This document shows positions 1-7,447 of a stretch of 34,500 nucleotides of DNA, in pieces. The translations under genes were made by a program, and so were the position numbers. The stretch's first letter is position 1. The number at the start of each line of letters is the position of its first letter. The stretch is from Thermoanaerobaculia bacterium (GTDB lineage Bacteria > Acidobacteriota > Thermoanaerobaculia > UBA5066), in contig JBDIBE010000002.1 in the NCBI GenBank assembly GCA_039812785.1, positions 1 to 34,500 on the forward strand. Reading direction: 5' to 3'. The notes beneath the pieces are model-generated. The model was not told the origin of the DNA and did no database searches. It worked only from the letters and a program-made list of their open reading frames with translations.

Positions 1-781
1 GGAGGATCGCGCCCGGGTTCTGGAACTCGGAGTAGAGGCCGACGACGCCGATCAGGAAGAGGAGGCCGGCGACCATCGGGCTCGCGATGACGCCGAGGGC
101 CTTCTCGAGGCCCGTCTTCGCGACCGTCCGATACCCGTAGTCGGCGCACTTCAGCGTGACGTCGGGCTTCCCGACCCGCCGGATCGTCCGCCCGTCGAGC
201 TGCTTCAGGAGGTCGGGGAGGTCGCGGGCGACGATCTCGACGAGCTTCTTCTCCTTCGCCTCCGACTCGGAGTAGGAGAGGGCGTCGGTGATCGTCTTCA
301 CGGCGTCGTCCACGGGCCGCCCGCGCGGGACGACGAGGGAGCGGACGAGCGCCGCGGCGTCCTCGCTCACCTTCTTGCCGATCGTCTTCGGGAGTTCTTC
401 CCCGCTCCCCCCGACGGGCGAGGCGGCACCCGCGTTCGTGCCGGGGGCCATCGCCGCGACGTCGCAGGCCATCAGGATGATGAACCCGGCCGAGGCCGCC
501 TGGGCGCCGGGCGGGGCGACGAAGCCGACGACCGGCACGGGCGAGCCGAGGATCGCCTGCGTGATCTCGCGCGTCGAGTCGAGGCGGCCCCCGGGGGTGT
601 CGATCCGGAGGACGACGGCCGGGGCGCCGCCCTCGGCCGCCCCGTCGATCACGCGCTTGAGGAACTCGGCGGTGACGGGGTTGATGTCGGTGTCGACGTC
701 GACGACGACGACCTCCGCGCCCGCCGCCGGCGCGGCCGGAGCGAGCAGGAGGAGGAGGCCCAGCACCGCGATCGCGCGCAC
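1..781 (-). CDS. NfeD-family membrane-bound ClpP-class serine protease, N-terminal part (gene runs off the window start)
   Basis: Hand translation of the minus strand from GTG (complement of 779-781) is open to position 1. It reads VRAIAVLGLLLLLAPAAPAAGAEVVVVDVDTDINPVTAEFLKRVIDGAAEGGAPAVVLRIDTPGGRLDSTREITQAIL...AASAGFIILMACDVAAMAPGTNAGAASPV...GLLFLIGVVGLYSEFQNPGAIL. That is a signal/anchor, then a ClpP/SppA-like fold, then the start of the NfeD TM region. It is absent from the ORF track because no stop lies in the window. The + ORF 288-794 is its shadow. Confidence 0.8.
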   Translation of the reverse strand, partial: MRAIAVLGLLLLLAPAAPAAGAEVVVVDVDTDINPVTAEFLKRVIDGAAEGGAPAVVLRIDTPGGRLDSTREITQAILGSPVPVVGFVAPPGAQAASAGFIILMACDVAAMAPGTNAGAASPVGGSGEELPKTIGKKVSEDAAALVRSLVVPRGRPVDDAVKTITDALSYSESEAKEKKLVEIVARDLPDLLKQLDGRTIRRVGKPDVTLKCADYGYRTVAKTGLEKALGVIASPMVAGLLFLIGVVGLYSEFQNPGAIL

Positions 782-787
782 GTCTCG

Positions 788-795
788 ATTATAGG
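788..795. promoter_or_regulatory. Overlapping divergent -10 boxes (TATAAT on minus strand, TATAGG on plus strand), each 6 nt from a GTG start
   Basis: The minus strand reads CCTATAATCGAGACGTG (TATAAT = complement of 788-793, GTG = 781-779). The plus strand reads TTATAGGTTCGGCGTG (TATAGG 790-795, GTG 802-804). This is the only AT-rich patch in a 20-nt divergent intergenic gap, and neither start has an SD. Confidence 0.4.
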
Positions 796-801
796 TTCGG
801 C

Positions 802-1716
802 GTGCTACAACGCGCCGTGCGCTTCTCCCTCGCCGACCTCGTGACGAGCGCGGCCGCGGGCCTCCTCCTCGTCGCCGGGACGGCCGCGGGCGTGCCGAAA
901 GCGGCCCCGGGGGCCTTCGCCCAGGTGGCCGTCGCGTTCCTCCTCCCGTTCGCCTTCGCGGCCCTCCGCGGCCGCCGCCCACGCCCGGGGTCGCTCGCCG
1001 GGTACGTCGCCGAGTTCGGGCCGATCCTCCCGCTCCTGCTCGTCTTCGACAACCTCGGCCCGTTCATCCTCGCGACGAGCTCCGTCGATCGCGATCCGTG
1101 GCTCGTCGCCGCCGACCGGCTCCTCTTCCTCGGCTCCGACCCGACGCGCCTCCTCGAGCCGTTCACCGGCCCGCTCCTCCTCGAGGCCCTGACGGTCTGC
1201 TACGCGCTCTACTACTTCCACCCCATCGTGCTAGGAGCGCTCCTCTTCCGGGACGACCGCGTCGAGGGGACGCCCGGCCGGCGCTTCCCCGCGTTCGCCT
1301 TCACGATCCTCCTGACGTTCTACGTCAGCTACGCGGGGTACTTCCTCGTCCCGGCGATCGGCCCGCGCTTCACGGTGAGCCACGCCGGGCCGCTCCCGCG
1401 CGCGGCGGTCGCGAGGGCGATCGACGGGACGCTCGACCGGCTCGAGACGAGCCGGCGGAACTGCTTCCCTTCGGGGCACACGATGGTGACGGTCGCCGTC
1501 CTCGCCGAGGCGGCCCGCCGGTCGCGGAAGACGTTCCTCGCCTTCCTCCCGTTCGCTGCGGGCCTCGTGGCGGCGACCGTGGTCGGCCGCTACCACTACG
1601 TCGTCGACGTCCTCGCGGGGCTCGTCCTGACCTTCGCCGTCCTCGCTCTCGCCCGCGCGGTCGTTCGCCGGGTCCCTCAGGAGCCGGACGGCACCGTCCT
1701 CTCGACGACCCGGTAG
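802..1716 (+). CDS. PAP2-superfamily integral membrane protein, sphingomyelin/IPC-synthase-like (PAP2_C-type) motif set
   Basis: 304-aa ORF with a GTG start and multiple hydrophobic segments. The motifs NCFPSGHTMVTV and GRYHYVVDVLAG resemble the C-x-x-SGHT and HYxxDV motifs of the SMS/AUR1 branch. The classical PAP2 motifs KX6RP and SRX5HX3D are absent. Confidence 0.7.
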   Translation: MLQRAVRFSLADLVTSAAAGLLLVAGTAAGVPKAAPGAFAQVAVAFLLPFAFAALRGRRPRPGSLAGYVAEFGPILPLLLVFDNLGPFILATSSVDRDPWLVAADRLLFLGSDPTRLLEPFTGPLLLEALTVCYALYYFHPIVLGALLFRDDRVEGTPGRRFPAFAFTILLTFYVSYAGYFLVPAIGPRFTVSHAGPLPRAAVARAIDGTLDRLETSRRNCFPSGHTMVTVAVLAEAARRSRKTFLAFLPFAAGLVAATVVGRYHYVVDVLAGLVLTFAVLALARAVVRRVPQEPDGTVLSTTR

Positions 1717-2825
1717 CGCCGGTAGAGCCGGCCCTCGAAGACCTCGATCGGCTTCAGGAGGTCGAGGTTGTCCTCGAGGATCCAGGAGAACTCGACCGTC
1801 CGGTACCCCTTCGCCATCGCGGCCCTGTACCCCTCGAAGTAGCAGACGGCGTCGAGCCCCTTCCTCCGGTACTCGGGAAGGACGCCGAAGGCCATGAGCC
1901 GGACGCGGTCGACCTTCTTCTTCCCGAGGAGGAACTTCAGCCAGCCGAACGGAAGGAGGCGCCCCCCCATCCCGATCAGGACCTGGTTGAAGTCGGGCAT
2001 GCCGAGCATGAAGGCGACCGGCTTGTCCCCCTCCTCGGCGAACCAGACGATCGTCGGGTCGAGGAGGTCCTTCAGCTTCTTCGCCATGGCGTCGATCTCC
2101 TCCGACGTCATCGGCACGAAGCCCCAGTTGTTCTCCCAGGCGGCGTTGTAGACCGTCTTGACCTTCTCGAGCTCCTCGGCGAAGCGGTCCATCCGGATCG
2201 TCCGGAAGGTCAGCTCCGGGTTCCTCCGCCGGACGGCGTCGGTGATCCGGCCGAGCCGCCTGAAGGAGCGGTCGTCGATCGGCGCGATGAGGGCGACGAG
2301 GTCCTTCGCCTTGGCGAAGCCCGCCTTCTCCGAGAGCTCGACGTAGTACGCCGGGTTGTACGTCATCATGAGGACGGCCGGCCCGGCCTCGCTCTCGTCG
2401 GCGAGGAGGAAGCCGACCTCGTCGTTCATCGACGGGTTCACCGGGCCGCGGAGGCGGTCGCACGTCGGCAGGTGCTTCCGGACGGCCTCCTCGGCGGCGT
2501 CGAGGAGGGCCTTCGCCGCCTCGGGATCGTTCTCGCACTCGAAGAAGCCGAAGAAGCCCGTGTGGTCCGCGTGGATCCGGTTGTGGTAGTCGTCGGCGAT
2601 CGCGGCGACCCGGCCGACGACCTGCCCGCCGCGGCGGGCGAGGAAGAGCGTCCGCTTCGCGTGCTGCCAGAAGGGGTTCTTCCCCGTGTCGAGCATCCAG
2701 CGGACGTCCGACCGGAGCGGCGGGACCCAGTCGGCGTCGCCCGCGTAGAGGCGGTACGGAAGCTCGACGAACTCCTTCAGGTCGCCGCGGGAAGACACCT
2801 CGGAGACGGAGAGCCCTTCGGGCAT
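1677..2825 (-). CDS. Large GNAT-fold N-acyltransferase (382 aa), function unknown; possible lipid N-acyltransferase
   Basis: This is the C-terminal part of the 925-aa track ORF. The real start is ATG at 2825 (MPEGLSVSEV...), with GGAGG (complement of 2834-2838) 8 nt upstream. A GNAT acyl-CoA motif is present (GVLPEYRRKGLDAVCY). It lies downstream of, and co-oriented with, the SPT-like gene. Confidence 0.7.
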   Translation of the reverse strand: MPEGLSVSEVSSRGDLKEFVELPYRLYAGDADWVPPLRSDVRWMLDTGKNPFWQHAKRTLFLARRGGQVVGRVAAIADDYHNRIHADHTGFFGFFECENDPEAAKALLDAAEEAVRKHLPTCDRLRGPVNPSMNDEVGFLLADESEAGPAVLMMTYNPAYYVELSEKAGFAKAKDLVALIAPIDDRSFRRLGRITDAVRRRNPELTFRTIRMDRFAEELEKVKTVYNAAWENNWGFVPMTSEEIDAMAKKLKDLLDPTIVWFAEEGDKPVAFMLGMPDFNQVLIGMGGRLLPFGWLKFLLGKKKVDRVRLMAFGVLPEYRRKGLDAVCYFEGYRAAMAKGYRTVEFSWILEDNLDLLKPIEVFEGRLYRRYRVVERTVPSGS

Positions 2826-2898
2826 CGGCCGGACCTCCTGTTTCGGGGGGCGGGCGCCCCCGCTCCCAGTTGACGAGCCCGAGGTCGCGCGGAGAGGT

Positions 2899-2927
2899 TC
2901 GGGGAACCCGGACGCCGGGTTCCCCGA
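2899..2927 (-). terminator. Perfect 13-bp GC-rich hairpin 5 nt after the SPT-like stop (intercistronic attenuator or stabiliser candidate)
   Basis: The arm tcggggaacccgg (2899-2911), loop acg and arm ccgggttccccga (2915-2927) are exact reverse complements. No U-tract follows on the minus strand. Confidence 0.45.
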
Positions 2928-2932
2928 GGAAA

Positions 2933-4171
2933 CTAGCTGACGAGCCCCAGCTCCCGGCCGACCTTCTGGAACGCTTCGAGGGCCCGGGTCAGGTGCTCGC
3001 GCCGGTGCGTCGCCATGTACGACGTCCGGATGAGCGAGCGCCCCGGCGAGCAGGCCGGGCTGACGACCGGGTTCGCGAAGACCCCCTCCTCCTCGAGGCG
3101 CTTGGCCATCTTGAAGGCGAGGTAGTCGTCCCCGACGACGATCGGGATGACGGGCGTCTCGGAGTCGCCGCAGTCGAACCCGATGGCGCGCAGGCTCGTC
3201 ATCATGAAGCGGGTGTTGTCCCAGAGCTGCTGGCGGCGCTCCGGCTCGGACTCGATGACGTCGAGGGCCGCGAGGACGGCGGCGACGGAGGCCGGCGGCG
3301 GGGCGGCGGTGAAGATGAGCGCCCGCGCCTTGTGCTGGATGTACTTGATGGTGTCCGGGTCCCCGACGACGAACCCGCCGACGGCGGCGAGCGACTTCGA
3401 GAACGTCCCCATGATGATGTCGACCTTGTCCTCGAGGTCGAAGTGCTCGGCGGTGCCGCGGCCGTTCTTCCCGAGGACGCCGACTCCGTGGGCGTCGTCG
3501 ACCATGAACGCCACGCCGTGCTCCCCGCAGACGCGGGCGTACTCCGGGAGGGGGGCGATGTCGCCCTCCATGGAGAAGACGCCGTCGACGACGAGGAGGC
3601 GGCCGCCCTTGTCCGAGCTCGATCGAAGGAGCCGGTCGAAGTCCGCGGCGTCGTTGTGCTTGAACTTGCGGACCTCGGCGCCGACCGCGAGACGCGCGCC
3701 GTCGTAGATGCAGGCGTGGTCCTGCCGGTCGAGGTAGATCGTGTCGCCCTTCGTCGGAAGCGTCCCGATGACGCCGAGGTTGGCGAGGAAGCCCGTCGAG
3801 AAGGTGATGCAGGCCGGCTTCTTCATGAAGGCGGCGAGCCTCTCCTCGAGCTCGATGTGGATGTCCAGCGTCCCGTTCAGGAACCGGCTCCCGGCGCAGC
3901 CCGCGCCGTACTTCTTCACGGCCGCGATCGCCGCTTCCTTGACCTTGGGGTGGGAGGTCAGGCCGAGGTAGTTGTTCGACCCGAGCATCACCATCTCCCG
4001 GCCCTTCATGGTGACCACCGGGTCCTGCCCCGACTCGATCGTCCGGAAGTAGGTCCAGACCCCGGCGGCCTTGATCTCGTCGGGGACCGTGTACTTCCGG
4101 CACTTGTCGAGAATCGAGACCCGCGCCCTCTCGGGGGCTTCGACCGCGGGCTTGAGCGCGGACATCCTCAT
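2933..4171 (-). CDS. PLP-dependent alpha-oxoamine synthase, serine-palmitoyltransferase-like (KBL/BioF/SPT family)
   Basis: Motifs: NNYLGL, GSRFLNGT, STGFLANLG, VDDAHGVG, GTFSKSLAAVGGFVV (PLP Lys), FTAAPPP. The GSR-LNGT and GTFSKS forms look closer to bacterial SPT than to KBL (GTLGKA) or BioF. The start is ATG 4171 or ATG 4165 (MRMSALKP), with GGAGG (complement of 4175-4179) just upstream. The track start at 4219 is probably too long. Confidence 0.8.
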   Translation of the reverse strand: MRMSALKPAVEAPERARVSILDKCRKYTVPDEIKAAGVWTYFRTIESGQDPVVTMKGREMVMLGSNNYLGLTSHPKVKEAAIAAVKKYGAGCAGSRFLNGTLDIHIELEERLAAFMKKPACITFSTGFLANLGVIGTLPTKGDTIYLDRQDHACIYDGARLAVGAEVRKFKHNDAADFDRLLRSSSDKGGRLLVVDGVFSMEGDIAPLPEYARVCGEHGVAFMVDDAHGVGVLGKNGRGTAEHFDLEDKVDIIMGTFSKSLAAVGGFVVGDPDTIKYIQHKARALIFTAAPPPASVAAVLAALDVIESEPERRQQLWDNTRFMMTSLRAIGFDCGDSETPVIPIVVGDDYLAFKMAKRLEEEGVFANPVVSPACSPGRSLIRTSYMATHRREHLTRALEAFQKVGRELGLVS

Positions 4172-4350
4172 ATTCCTCCGCAATGCCAACCGTCCACCCG
4201 GGAACCGGGCGGCTGGCAAACGGGGCGGATCTTACCACCCGGCCCTCGATGCAAGCCCCGACGGGTCCCGAATCGACCGAGCCTCCTACCGAACCCCCTC
4301 GGCCGAGCCCCCGGCGCCTCGCGTATCCTCTCCCGGCGTAAGGAGTTCGC

Positions 4351-6408
4351 ATGCGCCTGCGGGTCCTCTTCCCGGCCGCCGCCCTGTGCGCTTCCCTCGC
4401 CTCCCCCGAGGGCCGAGCGCTCCCCGAGCCTGCCCGGATCGTCCGGTACGACATCCGCGCTTCGCTCGACGCGGAGAGGCACGAGCTGCTCGGAACGGAG
4501 ACGATCCGGTGGACGAACCCCGGAGGCGTCGGCGTCGGGGAGCTGAAGCTCCACCTCTACTGGAACGCCTTCCGGAACAACCGCTCGACCTTCTTCCGGG
4601 AGTCGGGGGGAAGGCTCCGGGGCGACCGGGCGGACGAGGACGCGGGCTTCGGCTCGATGGACGTGACGTCGATCACGTCCGGTGGTCTCGACCTCCTGCG
4701 CCACGCGCGCTTCGAGGCGCCCGACGACGGCAACCGCGACGACCGGACGCTCCTCTCCGTCCCGCTTCCGGCCGCCGTTCCGCCGGGCGGGACCGTACAG
4801 CTCGAGGTCGCCTGGAAGGGGCGCTTCCCGAAGGTCTTCGCGCGCGCGGGCTACGTCCGCGACTTCCACATGGCCGGGCAGTGGTACCCGAAGCTGGCGG
4901 TCTTCGAGCCGAAGGGAACGCGGCGCCGCGCCGAGCCCGGGTGGAACGCCCACCAGTACCACGCGAACTCCGAGTTCTACGCGGACTGGGGCGACTACAG
5001 GGTCGCCCTCACGGTCCCCGAGCGGTTCGTCGTCGGCTCGGCCGGCGCGCTCGTCTCGGAGACGCGGACGAACGGGAAGAAGACGCTCGTCTACGAGCAG
5101 GAGTCGATCCACGACTTCGCCTTCACGGCCGACCCGCGCTACGTCGTGAAGGAGGCCGTCTGGGACCCGGAGAGGGACCTCCCCGCCGCCGAGGTCGCCC
5201 GGGCCGCGAGGCTCCTCGGACGGACGGAGAAGGAGCTCCGCGCCGGCTTCCGGAAGGTCGCGCTCCGCTACTACATGCAGCCCGACCACGTGGCGCAGTG
5301 GACGCGCTACCTCGACGCGCACAGGTGGGCGCTGACCTGGCTCGGGCTCTACGCCGTCCCCTACCCCTACGCGCAGTCGAGCTGCGTCGACCCGCCCGAG
5401 GACGGGATGGGCGCCGCGGGGATGGAGTACCAGACGATCTTCACCGCCGGGACGGCCCGCGTCCTCGGCGTCTGGCCGCTCACGGGCCTCCGCCCGCAGG
5501 AGATGGTCGTCATCCACGAGTTCGGCCACGGCTGGTGGTACGGCCTCCTCGCCTCGAACGAGTTCGAGGAGAGCTGGATGGACGAGGGGGTCAACTCGTT
5601 CACCGAGTACGAGATGATGGACCGGCGCTACGGCGGGATGGTGACGCTCCCGTTCGGCGCGCGCATCTCGAGCTTCGACGAGGGGCGGATCAAGGTGATC
5701 GCCGCGCGGGAGGCCGACCGGCTCGTGACCCCGTCGTGGCGGTTCGCCGACGAGCCCTCCTACGCGCGCAATTCCTACGCCCGCGGCGCGACGGCCGTCG
5801 ACCAGGTGCGCCGCATCCTCGGCGAGGAGACGTTCTGGCGCGCCTTCAAGGCGTACGCCGAGCGGTGGCGCTTCGACCACCCGACGACCGAGGACTTCCT
5901 CGACGCGTTCCGGCCGTACGCCGGGGGCCGGCTCGAGCCGCTCATCCGCGAGACCTGGTACGGGAATGGGAAGGTCGACTTCGCCGTGAGCCGCGTCTCG
6001 AGCCGCGAGGCCGCGCCGTTCGAGGGGTACGACGACCGCGGGAAGAAGGTCGCCGCGCCGAAGAAGAAGGACCGGAAGGCGAAGACGAGCTGGGAGTCGA
6101 CGGTCCTCCTCACGCGGACCGGGACGATCCCGCTCCCCGTCGACGTCGTCCTGACGTTCGAGGACGGCGCGACGTGGACGAAGAGCTGGGACGGCAGGGC
6201 CCCGTGGCTGCGGCTCCGGGCGACGTCCGCCTCCCGCCTCACGAAGGCCGAGGTCGACCCCGGCCGGAGAATCGTCCTCGACGCCGACCCGTGGAACAAC
6301 GCCCGGCGCCTCGAGCCCGTCCGCGGCGCCTCGGCCGCGGCCAAGGTCCGGGCCTACGCCGTCCACGGCGTCCAGATCCTCCTCTCCTCCCTCTGGCCCC
6401 TCCTCTGA
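4351..6408 (+). CDS. Secreted M1-family zinc metallopeptidase (aminopeptidase N-like)
   Basis: 685 aa. AGGAG lies 5 nt before the ATG. N-terminal signal peptide MRLRVLFPAAALCASLASP. Zinc site HEFGH-X18-E (HEFGHGWWYGLLASNEFEESWMDEG). GAMEN-like AAGMEY upstream. Confidence 0.9.
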   Translation: MRLRVLFPAAALCASLASPEGRALPEPARIVRYDIRASLDAERHELLGTETIRWTNPGGVGVGELKLHLYWNAFRNNRSTFFRESGGRLRGDRADEDAGFGSMDVTSITSGGLDLLRHARFEAPDDGNRDDRTLLSVPLPAAVPPGGTVQLEVAWKGRFPKVFARAGYVRDFHMAGQWYPKLAVFEPKGTRRRAEPGWNAHQYHANSEFYADWGDYRVALTVPERFVVGSAGALVSETRTNGKKTLVYEQESIHDFAFTADPRYVVKEAVWDPERDLPAAEVARAARLLGRTEKELRAGFRKVALRYYMQPDHVAQWTRYLDAHRWALTWLGLYAVPYPYAQSSCVDPPEDGMGAAGMEYQTIFTAGTARVLGVWPLTGLRPQEMVVIHEFGHGWWYGLLASNEFEESWMDEGVNSFTEYEMMDRRYGGMVTLPFGARISSFDEGRIKVIAAREADRLVTPSWRFADEPSYARNSYARGATAVDQVRRILGEETFWRAFKAYAERWRFDHPTTEDFLDAFRPYAGGRLEPLIRETWYGNGKVDFAVSRVSSREAAPFEGYDDRGKKVAAPKKKDRKAKTSWESTVLLTRTGTIPLPVDVVLTFEDGATWTKSWDGRAPWLRLRATSASRLTKAEVDPGRRIVLDADPWNNARRLEPVRGASAAAKVRAYAVHGVQILLSSLWPLL

Positions 6409-6421
6409 CGGAGCGACGCCG

Positions 6422-7357
6422 ATGACAGAGCGCCCTTCCCCGTTCCGCGCCGGCCTCGGAGCCGCTTTCACGCACCGCCGCCTCGCCGGCGTCCTCTGGC
6501 TCTCTCTCGTCCTCTCCTCGCTCCCCTCGTGGTTCGCGTTCGGGCCGCTCCTCGCCCCTCTCGACGAGGGGCCGTTCCGCGAGAAGGTCCTCGCGGGATG
6601 GGACTCCTGGGCCTTCGTCAGCTTCCTCGGGCTGAAGCCGAAGGAGACCGGCGTCGCCCTCGCGGCCGTCGGCTGCGGGCTCGCCCTCGCCGTCCTCCTC
6701 GACCTCCTCCTCGTCAGCGGGGCGATCCGCGTCCTCCTCTCCGGCCTTCCCCGGCCCGCCCTCCGGCGGACGGTGGCCGAGGGCGCCGCCCTCTTCCGCC
6801 CCGTCGCCTGGGCCTTCGCCCGCTACGCGCTGTCGGTCTCCCTCCGGGTCGGGCTCTTCGTCGCCCTGCCGGTCGCGCTCCTCTTCAAGGCCGCGGAGCA
6901 CGCGGCGCCGAACGGCCCGCTCGCCACGCTCGGCGCGGCCTGGGCCGTCGCCGGCTCGATCCTCGTCGTCGCCGTCGCAAACGTCCGCTTCTCGCTCGCC
7001 CGGATCGCGCTCGCCCGGGGAGAGGCGTCGAACGCCCGCCGCGCCTACGCCGCCGCCGGGAAGGTCCTCAAGGGGGCGCGGCTCAGGGGCGCGGGCCTCT
7101 GGCTCGCGTGGGCCGCGCTCGGCCTCGCCGTCCAGGCGGTGTTCACGTCCCTCGGCGTCCGGATGAACCCGGCGGGGGGCGCCGGCCTCGCCGCGCTCGT
7201 CCTCGTCCGGCAGGCCGGCTTCTGGCTCCTCGCCGCGACGCGGGTCGGCTTCCAGGCCTCTCTCCTCGCGTTCGCCGACGCCCGGCGGCCCCTCCCGCCG
7301 CTCCCGCTCGCGCACCCGGTCTCCCCCGCGCCGAAGGAGGCCCCCGCGGAGGCGTAA
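6422..7357 (+). CDS. Polytopic membrane protein, unknown function
   Basis: 311-aa ORF starting 14 nt after the M1 peptidase stop. It has several long hydrophobic stretches (VLWLSLVLSSLPSWFAF, ALAAVGCGLALAVLLDLLLV and others) and GC3-rich codon usage. I recognised no family motif. Confidence 0.55.
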   Translation: MTERPSPFRAGLGAAFTHRRLAGVLWLSLVLSSLPSWFAFGPLLAPLDEGPFREKVLAGWDSWAFVSFLGLKPKETGVALAAVGCGLALAVLLDLLLVSGAIRVLLSGLPRPALRRTVAEGAALFRPVAWAFARYALSVSLRVGLFVALPVALLFKAAEHAAPNGPLATLGAAWAVAGSILVVAVANVRFSLARIALARGEASNARRAYAAAGKVLKGARLRGAGLWLAWAALGLAVQAVFTSLGVRMNPAGGAGLAALVLVRQAGFWLLAATRVGFQASLLAFADARRPLPPLPLAHPVSPAPKEAPAEA

Positions 7358-7372
7358 ACACGAATCCGCCGG

Positions 7373-7378
7373 TACAAT
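7373..7378 (+). promoter_or_regulatory. Candidate -10 box TACAAT upstream of the aminotransferase-pckA operon
   Basis: TACAAT sits in a locally AT-richer patch (gtaaacacgaatccgccggTACAATc), about 70 nt before ATG 7448. No convincing -35 is present. Confidence 0.3.
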
Positions 7379-7447
7379 CACCCGTTGCCCTCGGCGTCGC
7401 GGAGCCGGCCTCCAGCGGCCCACCGGCAAAGGGAGGTTCCCAAAGAC

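Noticed and set aside
288-794. A 168-aa plus-strand ORF at the left edge.
   Set aside because: It is the shadow of the minus-strand NfeD-like gene, whose translation carries clear ClpP/NfeD features. The plus-strand product is low-complexity (Ala/Pro/Ser/Thr/Arg).
1677-4454. Long N-terminal extensions given by the ORF track: 925 aa for the GNAT, 6529-10302 for pckA, 8931-12431 for the LtaS-like gene, 17663-22096 for the phosphatase, and the upstream starts at 4219, 7385, 12325, 17691 and 24651.
   Set aside because: The extensions read through neighbouring genes in other frames and lack motifs. Internal starts with correctly spaced GGAGG, or 4-nt stop/start overlaps and signal peptides, define the real N-termini.
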